From NCBI GenBank assembly GCA_001761425.1, contig CP012986.1, forward strand, positions 360,001-392,000: a stretch of 32,000 nucleotides of DNA, given 5' to 3'. Each line of letters opens with the position of its first letter. The stretch's first letter is position 1. Below, piece after piece: positions 8,502 through 16,860 of this stretch. A program made the translations under genes and the position numbers. The notes below the pieces were generated by a model. The model did not search any database, was not told the DNA's origin, and worked only from the letters and a program-made list of their open reading frames with translations. The stretch is from Candidatus Saccharimonadota bacterium (lineage in GTDB: Archaea > Nanohalarchaeota > Nanosalinia > Nanosalinales > Nanosalinaceae).

Positions 8502-8675
8502 TTACTCGTCCAGGTCGCTTCTTCTCCAGTGGCGACTGCTTCTGGGCTTGATGGACTTCTTCGTGGCTCTGTCCATACCGAATGCTTTCAGGGAAACCCA
8601 TCTTGGTGCTGATTTAGCTGTGTTAGCGGCCTTGGAAAGCCTTTTTTTCTTGCCTTTCGACTTGTTTGAACTCAT
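8502..8675 (-). CDS. rpl39e: Ribosomal protein L39e (57 aa; below the ORF-track size cut-off)
   Basis: Hand translation of the minus strand gives MSSNKSKGKKKRLSKAANTAKSAPRWVSLKAFGMDRATKKSIKPRSSRHWRRSDLDE. It is very basic and has the L39e signature RHWRR(S/T)xL near the C-terminus. It sits in the conserved position between the PDCD5-like gene and eif6. Confidence 0.85.
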   Translation of the reverse strand: MSSNKSKGKKKRLSKAANTAKSAPRWVSLKAFGMDRATKKSIKPRSSRHWRRSDLDE

Positions 8676-8685
8676 AGTACTTTTT

Positions 8686-9009
8686 TCACCTTCGAAACTT
8701 TATATTAGTCTGGTTTTTGTCCTTCTCATTTTGAAGCGACTTCAGGATATCCTTCAACTGACTGTCGGTCATCTCACTGATCTGTCCGGCCCTGCCCAGC
8801 TTCGTGATCTGTGTCTCCACTGCCGAGGCCTTATCAGGGTCAGCAGCCTTGATGTTTGCCAGTCTTGACTGTGCCTCGTTTGTCAGGTACTTTGAGGCCA
8901 TCTTGGAGATCTGTTCTCTCTGTTTCTTTTCCTCTTCTTCTCTGTCCTGTTCCTGCATTTCCTCTCTTTTCTGCTCCCTGAGATTTTCCAGTTCGTCTTC
9001 ATCAGGCAT
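8686..9009 (-). CDS. PDCD5/TFAR19-family double-stranded DNA-binding protein
   Basis: Has an acidic/K-rich helical N-terminus, then KYLTNEAQSRLANIKAADPDKASAVETQITKLGRAGQI...SQLKDILKSL. Its position beside S19e is the conserved one. Confidence 0.85.
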   Translation of the reverse strand: MPDEDELENLREQKREEMQEQDREEEEKKQREQISKMASKYLTNEAQSRLANIKAADPDKASAVETQITKLGRAGQISEMTDSQLKDILKSLQNEKDKNQTNIKFRR

Positions 9010-9064
9010 TTTTATCTCACCTGAAGAGGTCCAGATCTGAGGCCTTTCGCAGGATTTTTGTTCA

Positions 9065-9472
9065 TTAACTTAGTTCTTCGGACTTCTCGTCTAAGAAGCT
9101 TTTCCCCTGGTCCGTGATCTTACGGCCTTCGCCTTCGACTTCTTCAAGGTAGCCAGCTTCTTCAAGGTTCTGAAGTGCGGTCCTGATAACTTTTCCTGAG
9201 GCCTTTCCATGGTGGTTTGGCCCGTGACCGTTGTTCTTTTTGTCTCCGTAAATGGTTCTTAGTTTGGAGACTCCTAGAGGTCCGTCAACGTAGATTCTTC
9301 TGAGGATCGAAGCAGATCTTATGTAGTACCAGTTATCCTGCTGTGGAGGCTTCTCCTTCGTGACACCGGTCTTAACATATTCAGTCCAGTCAGGTGTTTC
9401 GAAGTCATCCTCCAGCTTCTCTGCAACCTCCATGATAAGAGGCTCAGCTTTTACATCATATACTGTCGTCAT
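9065..9472 (-). CDS. rps19e: Ribosomal protein S19e
   Basis: Matches the S19e family across its length: TVYDVKAEPLI..., PDWTEYVKTGVTKEKPPQQDNWYYIRSASILRRIY, GHGPNHHGKASGKVIRTALQNLEEAGY. Confidence 0.95.
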   Translation of the reverse strand: MTTVYDVKAEPLIMEVAEKLEDDFETPDWTEYVKTGVTKEKPPQQDNWYYIRSASILRRIYVDGPLGVSKLRTIYGDKKNNGHGPNHHGKASGKVIRTALQNLEEAGYLEEVEGEGRKITDQGKSFLDEKSEELS

Positions 9473-9518
9473 ATACCAAAGAAGTGGTCAAAAACTTTTA
9501 AATGAAGTCCACTCGGGT

Positions 9519-9836
9519 CTAGCCCTCAATATCCATCACAAGCTCAAGGCCTCCAACCTTCGACACCATATAATTGTAGAGGTAGCCATAGAAAACCCCC
9601 AGAGCGAAGCCAACACCGGCGTAGACAAAAGCCAGGAAAAAAGTAGCAAGTATGCCGAGCAAAAGGCCTCCCAGAAGCATTATTGTAGGCTCTCCGCCAG
9701 CTCCCAGAGCCATGAAAGCGATGAAAGGCAGATAAATAAACCCTGTTATCAGGCCTCCCAGGGAAGCAAAAGCTGCTGAAATCTTTCCCAGGGAGAAGGG
9801 TTCAACACGTTTTACCTCGTATTCTTGAAGAGTCAT
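9519..9836 (-). CDS. Small glycine-rich membrane protein (3 predicted TM), unassigned
   Basis: 105-aa ORF with hydrophobic segments ISAAFASLGGLITGFIYLPFIAFMAL, IMLLGGLLLGILATFFLAFVYAGVGFALGVFYGYL. A TATA-like element lies about 25 nt upstream. Confidence 0.6.
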   Translation of the reverse strand: MTLQEYEVKRVEPFSLGKISAAFASLGGLITGFIYLPFIAFMALGAGGEPTIMLLGGLLLGILATFFLAFVYAGVGFALGVFYGYLYNYMVSKVGGLELVMDIEG

Positions 9837-9926
9837 ACTGGTTCTTTATCGGCGAGGTTTATGAAAAACCGGGAGATTCTATGTAGGGAAAGGATTTAAG
9901 CACGCCTGTGTGCAATATTATGGTCA

Positions 9927-10940
9927 ATGGCTACAAGGCCTGACTCAGGAAACGTTTCACGTGCAGAAAATCAGGGATTTGACTGGGTAGGTAACTCAAT
10001 CCAGGACTTCTCCATTGCTTCATCTGAACTCGAAGATGCAGTCCAGCTGAGGGATGGGTGGCGTGAAGAGATAGATTATGAAACCTGGGGTACAGAGGAC
10101 TGGACTGCGGTACAGATCGCACCGGATATTTCTGATGCGGAAAATAACTCAGAGGCCTCAGGTGACGCAAACGTTCTGCACTGGAGTGAAGAGGTCGTAG
10201 AGGAGCTTTCGGAATCCGATGACTATGGTTTTGTACGTGAACCGGATCAGGATGAGCCTGTAGTGGTCAGTCAGGGTATGAGCTTCGTAGATGCTCTAGT
10301 GCCGGAACTTGACAGACCTCTCCGCTCACTGGAAGGAGAATGGTCGAAAATGGTCTACGCAGGAGAGAATCCGGACAAAGTTATACTGTCAAATAACAGA
10401 GATGGAGGCTTCCAGGCCTCGCTGTTCCCTGAAGGAAAAACTTCTGAGGCGATGAACGCTGGCGAAATCACGCCGGAATACGTAGAAAATCCGGAAGAAT
10501 ACTCAAAAGATCATAACACTTATATGACCGCACTCGCAGACCAGGCCGTTGGGAGAAGTTTTTCAACTCCTGAAGACGTCAGGAACGGCGAACTCCTCAT
10601 AGATAACCGGATAGAGGCCTACAAACCTGTGGACTGGGAACAGGCAGAGAATTTTGTCTTCGAGATATCAGAAGTCCAGGAGCAAGGCCTCCAGATGGAG
10701 GTCGAATGGGATATACACATCGATTACGGTGAAGGCCTGGAAGAAACCGCTTTAGGCTACTCGGAGACATCTATGTACACTGAAGGGTTTGAAGATCTGC
10801 AATCAGTCAGGAAGGAGTACACAGAAAGTTCAAATCCTTTCACGGCCTACATGCGTGCAGCTACCGAGGCCTCTTTGATACCGGTAAGAATGAGTACTGA
10901 GGCCATGAAAAATATGACAGGGGACCGAAAGACAAGATAA
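9927..10940 (+). CDS. Highly acidic hypothetical protein (337 aa)
   Basis: Long ORF with D/E-rich composition like the recognised genes in the window. A TATA-like ATTTAAG lies about 30 nt upstream. No family recognised. Confidence 0.6.
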   Translation: MATRPDSGNVSRAENQGFDWVGNSIQDFSIASSELEDAVQLRDGWREEIDYETWGTEDWTAVQIAPDISDAENNSEASGDANVLHWSEEVVEELSESDDYGFVREPDQDEPVVVSQGMSFVDALVPELDRPLRSLEGEWSKMVYAGENPDKVILSNNRDGGFQASLFPEGKTSEAMNAGEITPEYVENPEEYSKDHNTYMTALADQAVGRSFSTPEDVRNGELLIDNRIEAYKPVDWEQAENFVFEISEVQEQGLQMEVEWDIHIDYGEGLEETALGYSETSMYTEGFEDLQSVRKEYTESSNPFTAYMRAATEASLIPVRMSTEAMKNMTGDRKTR

Positions 10941-10954
10941 ATGTGAATAATGCC

Positions 10955-12928
10955 TTATGCCAGGAAATCTGGCTCCAGCTTTTTCTCCTCGGTTTCCTTC
11001 TTCAGGGCCTTTCTGAACTCTTCAAGGCCTACACCGTCTTCTTCTCTTTCCTTTCTGTCTCTTACTGAGAGATTCTGTGTCTCTTCTTCGTCGTCTCCGA
11101 GGATCAGCATGTAGGGAACGTTGTCGTCATGTGCGGCCTGGATTTTCTTTCCTACCGTCCAGCTTCTGTCCTCAATCCCGATTCGTAGATCGGAAAGTTC
11201 TTCCCTGATCTTCTCCGCGTACTCCTTGTTCTCGTCTGTGACCGGTAGTATTCTGACCTGTTCAGGTGCTAGCCATGTCGGGAAGTCTCCGGCGAAGTGT
11301 TCTATCATGACTCCCATGAACCGTTCAATCGATCCGAGGATCGCTCTATGGATCATGACAGGGTAATGTTCCTTATTGTCTTCACCCTGGTACTTTAATC
11401 CGTAGTTACGTGGGATGACGAAGTCAAGCTGTACTGTTCCCAGCTGCCACTCTCTCCCGATAGCGTCTTCAACCTCTACTCCGATCTTCGGTCCGTAGAA
11501 GGCTCCTTCCTCAGGTTTCACCTCGTACTCCCCTACTACTTCATCCATCGCATTCTCCAGCGAAGATTCTGCCTCATCCCATAATTCATCAGGTCCCTGA
11601 GCTTTCCCCGGTTTGGTCTCCATGATGAAATTTACATCAAATCCGAACTCATCGTACATCTCGATAATCTTCTCAAGATGAGCCTTTACCTCTTCCTCAA
11701 TCTGATCCTTCCGCAGATACGCGTGTCCATCGTCCTGAGTCATAACGCGGACTCTGAGAAGGCCTGAAAGCTCTCCGCTCTGCTCGTTACGATTTACCGT
11801 TCCGAACTCGGAGAGCTTGATCGGCAACTCTTTGTAGCTTCTTGTATTCGAGTCAAAAATATGCGAATGGTTCGCACAGTTCATAGGCTTTAATCCGTAC
11901 TCCTCGTCGTTTTGCTCCCAGGCAAACATCTCGCCATCTTCCTTGAAGGCCTCGTAGTGACCTGTCTTCTTCCACAGGTTTGCTTTGTTCAGTTCTGGAG
12001 TCCAGACCTCTTCATAGCCCAGCTCTGCGTTCTTCTCCCGGATGTATTCCTCGAGTTCTCTTCTGATTATCATTCCTTTCCGGTGGTAGTGTGGTGCGCC
12101 AGGTGCATGCTCCGGTACTGAGAACAGATCCATCTCCTGCCCGATCCTCCTGTGATCGCGCTTTTCCGCTTCTCTTCTCTTCTCCATGAAATCTTCCAGA
12201 TCCTTTTCCCCAGGGAATGCTGTACCATAGATCCGTGTCAGCATCTCGTTTTCTTCATCGCCTCTCCAGTAGGCTCCTGCAATCTCCAGAAGCTTAAAGG
12301 CCTCTATTTCTCCTGTTGAGGAGACGTGAGGCCCTTTACATAAATCTTTGAACTCTCCTTGTTTATAGAAAGAGACTTTGTCTTCTGATAGCTCGCTCGC
12401 CGAGGAGCCATCTTGAGAAGATCCCTGACCTTCGTTTGAGGCCTCTTCTTCCAGGATCTGTCTCTTGTATTCGTTGTCCTCGAAGAAATCCTCGGCTTTT
12501 TCTCTGGACAGCTTTTCGTGTTTGATTTCCAGGTGTTCCTCGACAATCTTCCTCATTTCTTCCTCTATTTCTTCGAAGTCCTCCTGTTCCAGTTCAAGGC
12601 CTTCGATGTCGTAGTAAAAGCCTTCGTCAGTCCAGGGCCCGATCGTAAGCTTTACTTCGTCCCCGTAGATTCTCTTCAAGGCCTGTGCGAAGACGTGTGC
12701 AGCTGAGTGTCTTAGTACATCTATGTATTCGTCGCTGTCCTCGGTGACTATCTCTATCTCGTCGCCGTCGCTGACTTCTTCCTCTTTCGCGACCAGTTCG
12801 CCGTCGATCTTCCCGGCTACTGTATCGTCTCCAAGGCCTTTACCTATTTCATAAGCCACGTCTTCTACTGTCGAGTTTTCGTCTACTTCTAAAATCGAGC
12901 CGTCCGGTAGTTCTACTTCAATACTCAT
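10955..12928 (-). CDS. thrS: Threonyl-tRNA synthetase (bacterial/eukaryal-type, with N-terminal TGS and editing/SAD domains)
   Basis: TGS-like N-terminus (IEVELPDGSILEV...), the SAD motif HSAAHVFAQAL, class II core motifs (GLLRVRVMTQDDGH, HRAILGSIERF) and a C-terminal anticodon-binding domain. Confidence 0.97.
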   Translation of the reverse strand: MSIEVELPDGSILEVDENSTVEDVAYEIGKGLGDDTVAGKIDGELVAKEEEVSDGDEIEIVTEDSDEYIDVLRHSAAHVFAQALKRIYGDEVKLTIGPWTDEGFYYDIEGLELEQEDFEEIEEEMRKIVEEHLEIKHEKLSREKAEDFFEDNEYKRQILEEEASNEGQGSSQDGSSASELSEDKVSFYKQGEFKDLCKGPHVSSTGEIEAFKLLEIAGAYWRGDEENEMLTRIYGTAFPGEKDLEDFMEKRREAEKRDHRRIGQEMDLFSVPEHAPGAPHYHRKGMIIRRELEEYIREKNAELGYEEVWTPELNKANLWKKTGHYEAFKEDGEMFAWEQNDEEYGLKPMNCANHSHIFDSNTRSYKELPIKLSEFGTVNRNEQSGELSGLLRVRVMTQDDGHAYLRKDQIEEEVKAHLEKIIEMYDEFGFDVNFIMETKPGKAQGPDELWDEAESSLENAMDEVVGEYEVKPEEGAFYGPKIGVEVEDAIGREWQLGTVQLDFVIPRNYGLKYQGEDNKEHYPVMIHRAILGSIERFMGVMIEHFAGDFPTWLAPEQVRILPVTDENKEYAEKIREELSDLRIGIEDRSWTVGKKIQAAHDDNVPYMLILGDDEEETQNLSVRDRKEREEDGVGLEEFRKALKKETEEKKLEPDFLA

Positions 12929-13203
12929 GGAGAATCTCCTGGAAACTTGTCAAGTTGATAACAGATTTTAGAACAGCCAGAGTTAAAGCTGGAATGGTTA
13001 GGAAAATGCACTGCGTAGTAAGGCCTTACTTGACCTCGCGGTAAAGTCGTGAAATCGAAGATTTCTCTCGACATCCGAAAATCTCCGATATTCAGTGGGG
13101 CGTCCACCTTTCATTGTAAAGTCGTTTTCTGTACTGAATTTTTTATCAGCTTTTATTTACCCAGCTGTTTAGAAAAGAAGAGAAAAGGAAGATGAAGATG
13201 TTT

Positions 13204-13806
13204 CTAAGGTGCTGGCGGCATGGATCCCTGTAGACCGGCTATCTGGCCCTGAGCTCCGAGCATGGCTAGCATGCCCGTAAACGCCAGTGCGATGATAAGA
13301 AGTAATAGCACTGTAGCCGGGAGTAGGACTGCTGCAGCAGCTCGGCCTGTACTCATTCCCTGGAAGTACTCTACGCCCTTTATCTCGACGTAGATCAGGA
13401 AAATTCCGAGGACCAGGTTCACTATCCCTCCGACAACCGGTACAAAGAGGAATAGCGATGCTACAGCTGAGATGCAGGATGCGTATGCTAAAGCTGCTAA
13501 TGTCTCCCGGTAGCCGTTTTCGCCGCCGAGAAGCATAACGAACAGATGGATGATAGCTGCTCCCAGGAAAAGCCCGATCAGTCCTCCTACAATTCCGGAT
13601 ACAAGAGATATAGCTGTCGAGGTCAGGCCTCCTGATCCCAGAACTCCAGTTCTCAAACTATTCAAAATACCGACGAGAAGAAATGAGAAAGCTGCGAACT
13701 TCAAGGGATAGCCAAAGCCGTCCCTTCTGTTCTCGTTCTGGAAAAACTCTCCTGCAGAACTAAGGATCTGTCTTGTGGAATCCAGCCAGTCAGAAGCAAA
13801 TCCCAT
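13204..13806 (-). CDS. Yip1-domain-like polytopic membrane protein
   Basis: 200 aa: a soluble N-terminus followed by 5 hydrophobic segments. The overall architecture resembles archaeal Yip1 (PF04893) proteins. Family assignment is from memory only. Confidence 0.55.
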   Translation of the reverse strand: MGFASDWLDSTRQILSSAGEFFQNENRRDGFGYPLKFAAFSFLLVGILNSLRTGVLGSGGLTSTAISLVSGIVGGLIGLFLGAAIIHLFVMLLGGENGYRETLAALAYASCISAVASLFLFVPVVGGIVNLVLGIFLIYVEIKGVEYFQGMSTGRAAAAVLLPATVLLLLIIALAFTGMLAMLGAQGQIAGLQGSMPPAP

Positions 13807-13885
13807 GAATACAGATCCCTCTCTGGAGTTTTATCTCTGTCCCCGAACAAGGCCATTTTAACGTTTCCGCAGCAATTCCTTAATT

Positions 13886-14404
13886 ATGATTAAAATCCTT
13901 CGTCTCGGACATCGTAGAGGAAGAGACGACCGTATATCGACGCATGTAGGCCTTACAGCCCGGCAGTGGGGTGCTGACAGAATAATTTTCTCAGGTGAAA
14001 GCGATGATAGTATGATCGAATCTCAGAGAGATATCGTCGGTCGCTGGGGAGGAAGTACAGAGATCGAGTACAGGGAGGACTGGAAAAAGGTTGTAAAGGA
14101 TTTTGAAGGCCTCAAAGTTCATCTGACAATGTATGGTTTGAGGATCGACGAGGAGATCGGAGGCCTCAAGGAGAGGTTTGAAGAGGATGATCTGCTTGTG
14201 ATTGTCGGTGCTGAGAAGGTTCCTCGCTGGGTTTACACTCATGTTGATTTCAATATTTCTGTCGGCAATCAGCCTCACAGTGAGATCGCTGCGTTGGCTG
14301 TTTTCCTGGATAGGATTCAGGATGATGGTATAAGGCAGGATTTTGAGGGTGCCGAGATTTTTGTGAGGCCTAGTGAGGACAGGAAGTTGACGGAGAAGAA
14401 GTGA
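13886..14404 (+). CDS. trm56: tRNA (cytidine56-2'-O)-methyltransferase aTrm56
   Basis: Near-colinear with known aTrm56 sequences: ILRLGHRRGRDDRISTHVGLTARQWGAD, VHLTMYGL, VIVGAEKVPRWVY, ISVGNQPHSEIAALAVFLDRI. Confidence 0.92.
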   Translation: MIKILRLGHRRGRDDRISTHVGLTARQWGADRIIFSGESDDSMIESQRDIVGRWGGSTEIEYREDWKKVVKDFEGLKVHLTMYGLRIDEEIGGLKERFEEDDLLVIVGAEKVPRWVYTHVDFNISVGNQPHSEIAALAVFLDRIQDDGIRQDFEGAEIFVRPSEDRKLTEKK

Positions 14405-14451
14405 GTTGGTCTAAGGTTACCTTTATCAGTGATTGTTAGAATATTGTATTC

Positions 14452-14859
14452 ATGAGTGTAGAGTCTTATCTTGAGAAAAAAGATTACGGTTTTATCGTTG
14501 CTGGAGGAGTTTTAACTGTTTTAGCTGCCTTAGTTACACCGAGGGTTTTTTCGGATCCGATGCAGATAGAGACTTATTCAAGGCTGATAGTTGCAGCATT
14601 CATACTCTATGGTCTGTTTTCTATCCATAAAGCAATTCAGTCATGGGCTGGCGAGCTGGCAAGATATCTTCAGCTCATAGGTACAGGCCTCGCGATTTTG
14701 ATGATCGCATGGATTCCTCATATCGGATGGCATGTTAGAGGTAATCCGGAGTGGTTTGGAATGTCTCCGATTTCCTGGATAACAGTATTCCATGGACTCA
14801 CCATTTTGGCTTTCGCTGTATCGGCCTACGGGTTCCACCTGTTCTGGAAGAAGGCCTGA
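14452..14859 (+). CDS. Paralog P1 of an unassigned 4-TM membrane protein family
   Basis: Shares IHKAIQSWAGELARYLQLIGTGLAILMIAWIPHIGWH ... VFHGL ... AYGFHLFW with ORFs at 15325, 15763, 16861 and 17259. A TATA-like CTTTATCA lies 27 nt upstream of the ATG. Confidence 0.8.
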   Translation: MSVESYLEKKDYGFIVAGGVLTVLAALVTPRVFSDPMQIETYSRLIVAAFILYGLFSIHKAIQSWAGELARYLQLIGTGLAILMIAWIPHIGWHVRGNPEWFGMSPISWITVFHGLTILAFAVSAYGFHLFWKKA

Positions 14860-14874
14860 GATATACTGGTAACG

Positions 14875-15258
14875 ATGAAAGGTGATGAAACGAAAATGAC
14901 AGAAGGTTTGGACGACAACAATGAGTTTTACCTTGATTTGATGAAGGACCTGGTAGAGGACCAGAAGAAGATGCTTGGAGAACAGGTAGCCCTCCAGAAG
15001 GCAAGAGGAACACCACTGGAGATGGATAAAGACGGAGATATAACAGGTTATTACGGAAAGGGAGAGGATGTACTGGAAACGATTTTGCGGAAATACGGTG
15101 AAGTGTGGGGTGATGCTGTTGCCCGAAGAAAGATGAGAAGGACGGTAAGCAAGAATATTTCTGAGGAGAACTACGAGCAACTGCCTGATTATATGAGGCC
15201 TAAAGATGATCAGAAAGGAGTGATAGGTTCAATAGTCCAGCAGATCAAAGGGGAATAG
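14875..15258 (+). CDS. Paralog S1 of an unassigned acidic soluble protein family (one S domain)
   Basis: NEFYLDLMKDLVEDQKKMLGEQVALQKARGTPLEMDKDGDITGYYGKGEDVLETILRKYGEVWGDAVA aligns with both halves of the ORF at 16253. It starts 15 nt after the P1 stop, with no promoter-like element between them. Confidence 0.8.
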   Translation: MKGDETKMTEGLDDNNEFYLDLMKDLVEDQKKMLGEQVALQKARGTPLEMDKDGDITGYYGKGEDVLETILRKYGEVWGDAVARRKMRRTVSKNISEENYEQLPDYMRPKDDQKGVIGSIVQQIKGE

Positions 15259-15324
15259 CTGTCTCCGGTTCTGAAAAACTTTTTTATGTTCGAACACTGT
15301 ATCATAATTAGGTGGATTTGAAGT

Positions 15325-15762
15325 TTGAATCTCAATAGTCAGGATTATGGAATTATCGGTGGCGGAATCCTTCTTTCATTTCTAGGAGCTTTCGCCACAG
15401 AAGCAGGAATCATAAACGCGTCTCTGGCAGGAACAATCACTACATGGCTTCCAAGGATTACAGTACTAACAATCCTTGTAGGCATTGTGTTTGTCTATCT
15501 GTCAAGGGACCTGCTCGGTGGAGAGATCGTACAGAATCTCGAAGTCGTAGCTACAGGATTCCTGATCTATGCCGTGACCTGGTGGCCTCACAAGATGGGT
15601 TACCACGCAGAGGCCTTAGGAGGAGCAGCATCAAGCATCTTCGGAGTTTTCACAACAGGTGCATGGAACGTGTTCTTCCACACGCTCACGGCAGCAGTAT
15701 TTGGCCTTGTCTCCTTCGGTTTCTACCGGTTCTGGGAGATGAGCCAGGAGGTGAACGCATAA
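15325..15762 (+). CDS. Paralog P2 of the 4-TM family (TTG start)
   Basis: Contains YLSRDLLGGEIVQNLEVVATGFLIYAVTWWPHKMGYH ... FFHTL ... SFGFYRFW. The N-terminus MNLNSQDYGIIGGG aligns with the paralog N-termini only if TTG 15325 is used. An AGGTGG Shine-Dalgarno-like motif lies 9 nt upstream. Confidence 0.7.
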   Translation: MNLNSQDYGIIGGGILLSFLGAFATEAGIINASLAGTITTWLPRITVLTILVGIVFVYLSRDLLGGEIVQNLEVVATGFLIYAVTWWPHKMGYHAEALGGAASSIFGVFTTGAWNVFFHTLTAAVFGLVSFGFYRFWEMSQEVNA

Positions 15763-16152
15763 ATGAGGCATAGCGACAAACTTGTCGTAGCAGGGGTACT
15801 TGCATTCTCAGTACTGGCAGGCCTGTGGGCACAGTTCATGGGTCTGGAACCAGCAGCGGACGCATTCATCGACTTCCTCACATTTGCAGCAGTAGCAGGA
15901 GGCCTTGTCTTCATTTACGAGGCAAGGGATGAACTGGGCGGAGAAACAGCAAGAAACCTGGAGATTCTGGGTATAGGACTACTGGTATTCGTCCTGGCCT
16001 ACTGGCCTTCCTACACATGGAGTACAGTCGGCAGTCCAGAGTGGTTAGGCATGACAACAGGCTTCTGGAGCATGTTGTTCGGCCTGGCCAACTTCGTAGG
16101 CCTTGCAATCGTAACCTACGCGTTCTACACCTTCTGGGAAATGGCTCAGTAA
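15763..16152 (+). CDS. Paralog P3 of the 4-TM family (lacks the conserved histidines)
   Basis: Contains IYEARDELGGETARNLEILGIGLLVFVLAYWPSYTWS ... LFGLA ... TYAFYTFW. Its ATG directly abuts the P2 stop (TAAATG). Confidence 0.8.
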   Translation: MRHSDKLVVAGVLAFSVLAGLWAQFMGLEPAADAFIDFLTFAAVAGGLVFIYEARDELGGETARNLEILGIGLLVFVLAYWPSYTWSTVGSPEWLGMTTGFWSMLFGLANFVGLAIVTYAFYTFWEMAQ

Positions 16153-16170
16153 AGTATAGGCCTTCAATCC

Positions 16171-16194
16171 CTTTTTCTTTCTCTTTTTTCTCTT
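16171..16194 (+). terminator. Oligo-T terminator after P3
   Basis: CTTTTTCTTTCTCTTTTTTCTCTT begins about 20 nt after the P3 stop. Confidence 0.4.
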
Positions 16195-16252
16195 GAATCT
16201 GGTCCCGTCTTATCCGAAGTAAACAAAAAGACTGATACAGAAGTCTAATAGT

Positions 16253-16858
16253 ATGCCGGATGAGGAAGGTGATCCAGAGGATGAGGACAGGCAGGAATAC
16301 TACATTGAATCTATCCAGAATATAATTGATAAACAGAAAGAACAGCTGGGAGAGGAAACAGCTATAAAATGGGCTCGTAGAGCGCCTATAAGGATAGATG
16401 CAGAGGGAGAAGTCCAGGGTTTCTATGGAACGGGAGAAGACGCGCTCGAAACCCTCAGAGACTACACAGAACACGAGGAATTTTACCTTGACGCTATAAG
16501 TTCTGTTATAGACACAATGTGCTCTTTCATGGGAGATGATGTAGGCCTCAAATACGCGAGAAAAGCACCGCTCCAGATAATGCCTGATGGAGAGGTCAAG
16601 GCCTATTACGGTACAGGAAGAAAGGCACTGACTATACTCGTGAAAAACTACGAGGACTACATGGGTAAGGCAGTCGCCGACCAGAAGATAAAAGGCGCCT
16701 TCTCAGATGTTGAGGATGAAGAACTTGATCTCGTACCGGAAGACGTAAGGCCTCAAAGCAGTGAGGAGAAAGGTTCTTCGGAAGGCCTTATCAGCAGGAT
16801 TTTCGGTATCGGAGGCTTTGTTTTATATTCTAGTCAGGATATTCCATTACCTGGATAG
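16253..16858 (+). CDS. Paralog S2 of the acidic soluble family (two tandem S domains)
   Basis: Domain a is QEYYIESIQNIIDKQKEQLGEETAIKWARRAPIRIDAEGEVQGFYGTGEDALETL. Domain b is EEFYLDAISSVIDTMCSFMGDDVGLKYARKAPLQIMPDGEVKAYYGTGRKALTIL. The tail LVPEDVRPQ...GLISRIFGIGGF parallels the S1 tail QLPDYMRPK...GVIGSIVQQI. Confidence 0.8.
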   Translation: MPDEEGDPEDEDRQEYYIESIQNIIDKQKEQLGEETAIKWARRAPIRIDAEGEVQGFYGTGEDALETLRDYTEHEEFYLDAISSVIDTMCSFMGDDVGLKYARKAPLQIMPDGEVKAYYGTGRKALTILVKNYEDYMGKAVADQKIKGAFSDVEDEELDLVPEDVRPQSSEEKGSSEGLISRIFGIGGFVLYSSQDIPLPG

Positions 16859-16860
16859 AC

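Noticed and set aside
8491-9779. Plus-strand ORFs 8491..8868, 8804..9040 and 9360..9779
   Set aside because: They run antisense across L39e, the PDCD5-like gene, S19e and the small membrane protein, all of which are recognisable on the minus strand.
12925-13107. 60-aa ORF overlapping the thrS start, and a 14-nt perfect palindrome AGTAAGGCCTTACT (13017..13030) in the 275-nt thrS upstream region
   Set aside because: The ORF is non-acidic, has no recognisable features and is probably a chance frame in a leader or promoter region. With about 128 palindromic AGGCCT cores in the window, about 0.5 are expected to extend to 14 nt by chance, so the palindrome is not significant alone. I found no tRNA, C/D-box or riboswitch-like pattern that I could defend in this gap.
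14641-16474. Minus-strand ORFs 14641..15180, 14798..15016, 15723..15914 and 15911..16474, and the alternative-frame + ORF 15444..15773
   Set aside because: They overlap the P/S paralog array. The P and S frames are supported by mutual homology among five and two (three domains) copies respectively. The overlapping frames have no paralogs and an atypical composition.
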